From the NCBI RefSeq assembly GCF_009914755.1, contig NC_060927.1: a DNA stretch of 64,000 bases. The stretch is one strand, 5' to 3'. This DNA comes from the human T2T-CHM13v2.0 reference genome, Homo sapiens. The position numbers were made by a program, and so were the translations under genes. The notes beneath the pieces were generated by a model. It saw nothing but the letters and a program-made list of their open reading frames with translations. It was not told where the DNA came from and did not search any database. The first letter of the stretch is position 1. The number at the start of each line of letters is the position of its first letter. Of this stretch, positions 59,478-64,000 are shown piece by piece.

Positions 59478-61307
59478 GTAAGAAATTATTTAAGAGTAAC
59501 ATTTTATTTGTAACTAATCAGAATAACCAACTATATCATATTCTTACAGCAAGCATGTTCTTTTATTGGCACATAACTTTTTATACAAGAAACAACCTTT
59601 ATTGCATTACCTAGTGCAGAACGTATGATTCAACAAGGAGGGAGAAGTGAGGTGGCAGTGTTAACATTTTCAAATAATGAGAAGATTAATAATGATACTA
59701 GGCCAGTACCCTGCATGGTTAGAGTCAAATGTAGCTGTTAACTTTTTTTCCTAATTATCTTTACCATTATTTTGCTGTTGATTTAAATTACAAAGTACTA
59801 AATGCTTAGTTCAGAAAACATGGAAAATATAAAAATGCCTAAAGATAAAGATGAAATTCATCTATATTTCTTCTTCAAATGGAAAAACCATTGTTAGCAT
59901 TTTTATTTATATCTGTCCAGACACACACACACACACACATATAAACACTAATAGCTTTTATTTTGTGATTTTAAGTTGTGATGTTGTGCACACTTATTTG
60001 TACTCTGGAAATATATAGTATTTTTTATTTCTCAGTCATTAGACTATTATACAATGCGATTTTGCCATATTATACAATGCGATTTTGGCATAATGCGATT
60101 TGGCATAATATATATATATAAATATATAGTATTTTTTATTTCTCAGTCATTAGACTATTATACAATGCGATTTTGGCATAATAATGTATTATATAGCTTT
60201 GTTTTAATTTGCTCAACTAGTTCCCTGCTAAGTTTATTCTAAATATTTCCAGTTTTTCCTTCTTATATAAAGTGATCTTTGCATATTTCTCACGTCATTT
60301 CATTAGAATAAATTTCTAAAGGTGGAATTGTGGAGCAAGTGTTCACACAATTATAAAGTTGTTATATGTCTCTGTATTTTCTCTCAGAAAATTGTACCAC
60401 TTTATATTCTTCAAATAGTGTGAGACTTTTCATTTTCCCACACCTTCTGGGTGTTCTTTACCTTTTGGGTAATTATTAACCCATCTGATAAACCATTTGT
60501 GTCTTTTTAATTTGTTTAATATGAACATAGCTAAACCAGGTTTCTCTTGGTTAATGTTTGAATGACATATCTTTTTCAAAACTTTAAAAAACTTTAAATC
60601 TTTCTTGATCTTTATGTTTTACCTGACTTTAAGGCCAAAAGCATTACTCAAAATAAAGAGAGACATTTTATTAAAATATAAAATTCAATTATCCAGGAAG
60701 ATATGATAACTCAAATTTGTATATACCTAGTAATATAGCTTCAAAATATATGGGACAAAAACTGACAGAATTGAAAGGAGAAATATTTTTAAAGCCCCAA
60801 TCACAATAGAATATTTTAATATACTTCTTTCAGTAATCAATAGAACATGCAGACAGCTTTTGGCATTGTCAAGGTAATCATATGACTTTTAATTTTGACT
60901 TGCTAAAGTAATAATTTTATGCATTTTAAAAATACTAAATTTTCATCCCTACTTTACAAAGCAGTCCCTTACTTGATCTTGGTTGATTTACTCTTTTTCT
61001 TCCTCTTTTTAAAATATTTTGCTTTCTTTATTATCTAACTTTTTTAGTGAATTTTTATTTTATGCACAATAATATATATATATTCAGTTTGTCAAATAAT
61101 CTTTAAAGACTTAAAATAAGAGTTTCTGTTTTGTTATCTCTAACTGAAATTCTGCTTCCTAGAGTCATTCTTCCAACTTTCTAGACATTTTTCTTTGATG
61201 TTTACCTATTTTTCAAAAGAAATACTGCTATTTAAAACATATCTCCAGGTTTTTCTGTTTTGACTTCTCACTGTGAAAAATGAGAGTTTAGCTTGCTTAT
61301 ACATCCC

Positions 61308-61422
<115 letters not shown>

Positions 61423-61705
61423 CTACTGGTAGTTATGTTTTTGTTAAGCTGGCCTCAGGGTTTCCCTTCACTCTCATCCTGGGAATTTTCCTCACCTTTC
61501 TTGTATGTGGAATCCTCTGTTTCTCAGAACTCAAGTTTTCCTTCCTAGGGTTGCTTCCTTGTTTTGGTGGTGCAACTCCTCTATTCTCTAGCAGCTTCCC
61601 GTAAAAGAGAGCTTGCATGGGAGGTAAATTTTTTGAGACCTTTCAAGTATCAAAATAATTTATCCTTTGTATACTCTGTTCATATCTTGCCTGAGGATAG
61701 AATAA

Positions 61706-62011
<306 letters not shown>

Positions 62012-62550
62012 TAAAAGCATTTTTCTGTTATCTTTTAACTTCTAATCAACTTCTAAGAAACTTGATTTCATTCTGATTTTTAAACTTTTGTATTTGACCT
62101 GTTTTATTTTCTTCTTTCTGGGAATTGTTAAGGATATTTTCTGTATCACCAGTTTTCTGAACTTCTGTTTTTTGCTTCTGGGACATTTTCTTGTTTTATA
62201 TATTTCATAATATTTTCTTAATTTTCTCTTTTTCTTTGTGAAATACTTATTATTCAGATGCCTTGTAGACTAGACTGAGTCTCTAATTTTCTTATTTCTC
62301 AAGATATTTTTTTCTACTGTCTGGGAAATTTTCTCAACTTTGTCCTCCTACATTGAGCCGATATTTGTGAAATAATTTCTAGAGGCTTATTTATCATATA
62401 TACCTTCAATACATTAGCAGTAATACTATTTGAAATTTTGTAACACTATCCCTCTAAAGGATAAGTATGAAGGACCGTATCTAATCATTTAACTTAGACC
62501 TGATTACATGATTCACTTGTATTTAATCAGCATTTCATTTATTTGTTATT

Positions 62551-62726
62551 TGTTTTATTCTATTTTATTTTATTTTTTAGAGATAGAGTCTCATTCTGTC
62601 ACCCAGGCTGCAGTGAAATGGTGCTACCATAGCTCACTGCAGCTTTGAACTCCTGGGCTCAAGCAGTCTCCCTGCCTTGACCTCCCAAAGCACCATGATT
62701 ACAGGCATGAGCCACCACTTCTGGCC
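62551..62726 (-). mobile_element. Alu monomer (FRAM/FAM-like)
   Basis: Single antisense arm with (TTTTA)n tail. Confidence 0.8.
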
Positions 62727-63274
62727 ATTTAATCAGTATTTTAAAATGAGAAATTATATTCTGATTTGTAACTAAAGACATTGAAAACATATTTCTCTAC
62801 TGTACTTTTGCCCATTATAGCAGTGAATGGCATATTGCACTACCACAGTGGTTCCACTGCCAATGCAGTGACCTACAGGTTGCTTCCAGCCAAGATTCTC
62901 TTGGACACCAGTGATTTATTGTCTCTCTGTGTGTATATAGTAGAGCAAATAATTCTTGATAGGAATATGCCAGGTGTTATGCTATGAGTTAGATGATAAA
63001 GAGATGTGTGGCTTCAAACATACACTTCTCTCCATTCTCCATGTTTATATCATTCATTAAGAAATCCCGTACTTCTAATTTAGGACCTTCCTATACATTG
63101 TTTACTTTGAATTAGGGAAATGTTTTATTACTATTAAAAAAATACATATATACAAGTACTTCGAAAAGGGATATGATATGGACATATTACCAAGGTAAAA
63201 CATGGGTAGTCTTAATTGTGGTGTTAATTTATTATTAGTAATTCATGAGAATTCTTTCTGTTTTTAAAATCTAG

Positions 63275-63394
63275 GATCTTCTTAATAATTTTATCAAGAC
63301 AACTGAAAGCAATATAATGAAGCAGACGATTTGTAGTTACCTAGATTGTGAACGATCTTGTGAAGCTGACATTTTGAAGAACACCAGTTATAAG
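63275..63394 (+). CDS. DZIP3: DZIP3 exon 9 (120 nt; DLLNNFIKTTESNIMKQTICSYLDCERSCEADILKNTSYK); gene continues beyond the window
   Basis: CTAG acceptor, AAG|GTACTG donor, cumulative 816 nt = 272 codons. Confidence 0.96.
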
Positions 63395-63871
63395 GTACTG
63401 TAATTGTCAATTAACAGTATTTTTAAAAAGTAATTGAAAAATTATATATAACTATATAAAATAATAAAAATTATATTATGTATAAAATATTTTAAAAGAG
63501 CATTTAGTTTAATTACAATGGTAAAGCAGTTGAAAAGTTATTTTACTATGAGAACTTAGATTCAGAGTGATCAGGAACTATTTATATTCTGTGAGTCAAT
63601 AAAAGAATAAATTGGTTTCACTAAGGTTTTTGTAAGATTCACATGCATCTGAAGTTATAAGTATTATTCCTGCAGTCAGTCATACAGTGAAAATGATCTA
63701 AAAAATGCTTTACTTTATAGTTAGAATTGTTAGAGGTTAAGAATGGTAGCATTTTACTAAGGAGAAGGCTGTCACTCCGCAGGAATGATACTACTAAATA
63801 AGTGATCATTTTCTCTTCTATGGGCCTTGGCAGGGGGAAAAAGTAACCAGCCTTGATTTGAAGAAATTTAG

Positions 63872-64000
63872 CTATCAGAATACTTCTGATAGATCTCTCT
63901 CTCTGGATCTATCAGAATACTTCTGATAGATCTCTCTCTCTGGATCTATCAGAGTACTTCTGATAGATCTCTCTCTCTGGATCTATCAGAGTACTTCTGA
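63872..64000. repeat. 37-bp palindromic minisatellite, truncated by the window end
   Basis: Units CTATCAGA(A/G)TACTTCTGATAGATCTCTCTCTCTGGAT start at 63872, 63909, 63946 and 63983. Confidence 0.95.

Noticed and set aside
63872-64000. CRISPR-like palindromic repeat array
   Set aside because: Eukaryotic intron, identical spacers and no cas genes. It is a minisatellite.

Overview
This is primate, most likely human, genomic DNA from the head-to-head CIP2A (KIAA1524) / DZIP3 locus. The minus strand carries CIP2A coding exons 1-8 (298 codons, [10 protein letters not shown]...DPDSSSK). The plus strand carries DZIP3 non-coding exon 1 and exons 2-9 (272 codons, MDSLPDEFFVRHP...KNTSYK). I traced all exon boundaries by hand: they are GT-AG with consistent reading phase. 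The two genes share a CpG-island bidirectional promoter (~19.3-20.2 kb). The introns are full of Alu, L1, MaLR/ERV LTR and DNA-transposon fossils. I see no wholly new gene system. The most notable items are: a chimeric retrocopy of SNORA70 plus intron remnant plus spliced RPL10 3' exons; a MER1-type transposon whose target-site duplication copies the DZIP3 exon-2 splice donor; DZIP3 uORFs, one in frame with the main ORF and sharing FVRHP with it; two palindromic minisatellites; an unexplained 55-bp direct repeat bracketing DZIP3 exon 4; a rearranged L1; and a possible RFX-type internal promoter. Gene and repeat names come from recall, not from a database search, so subfamily calls need RepeatMasker/BLAST confirmation.
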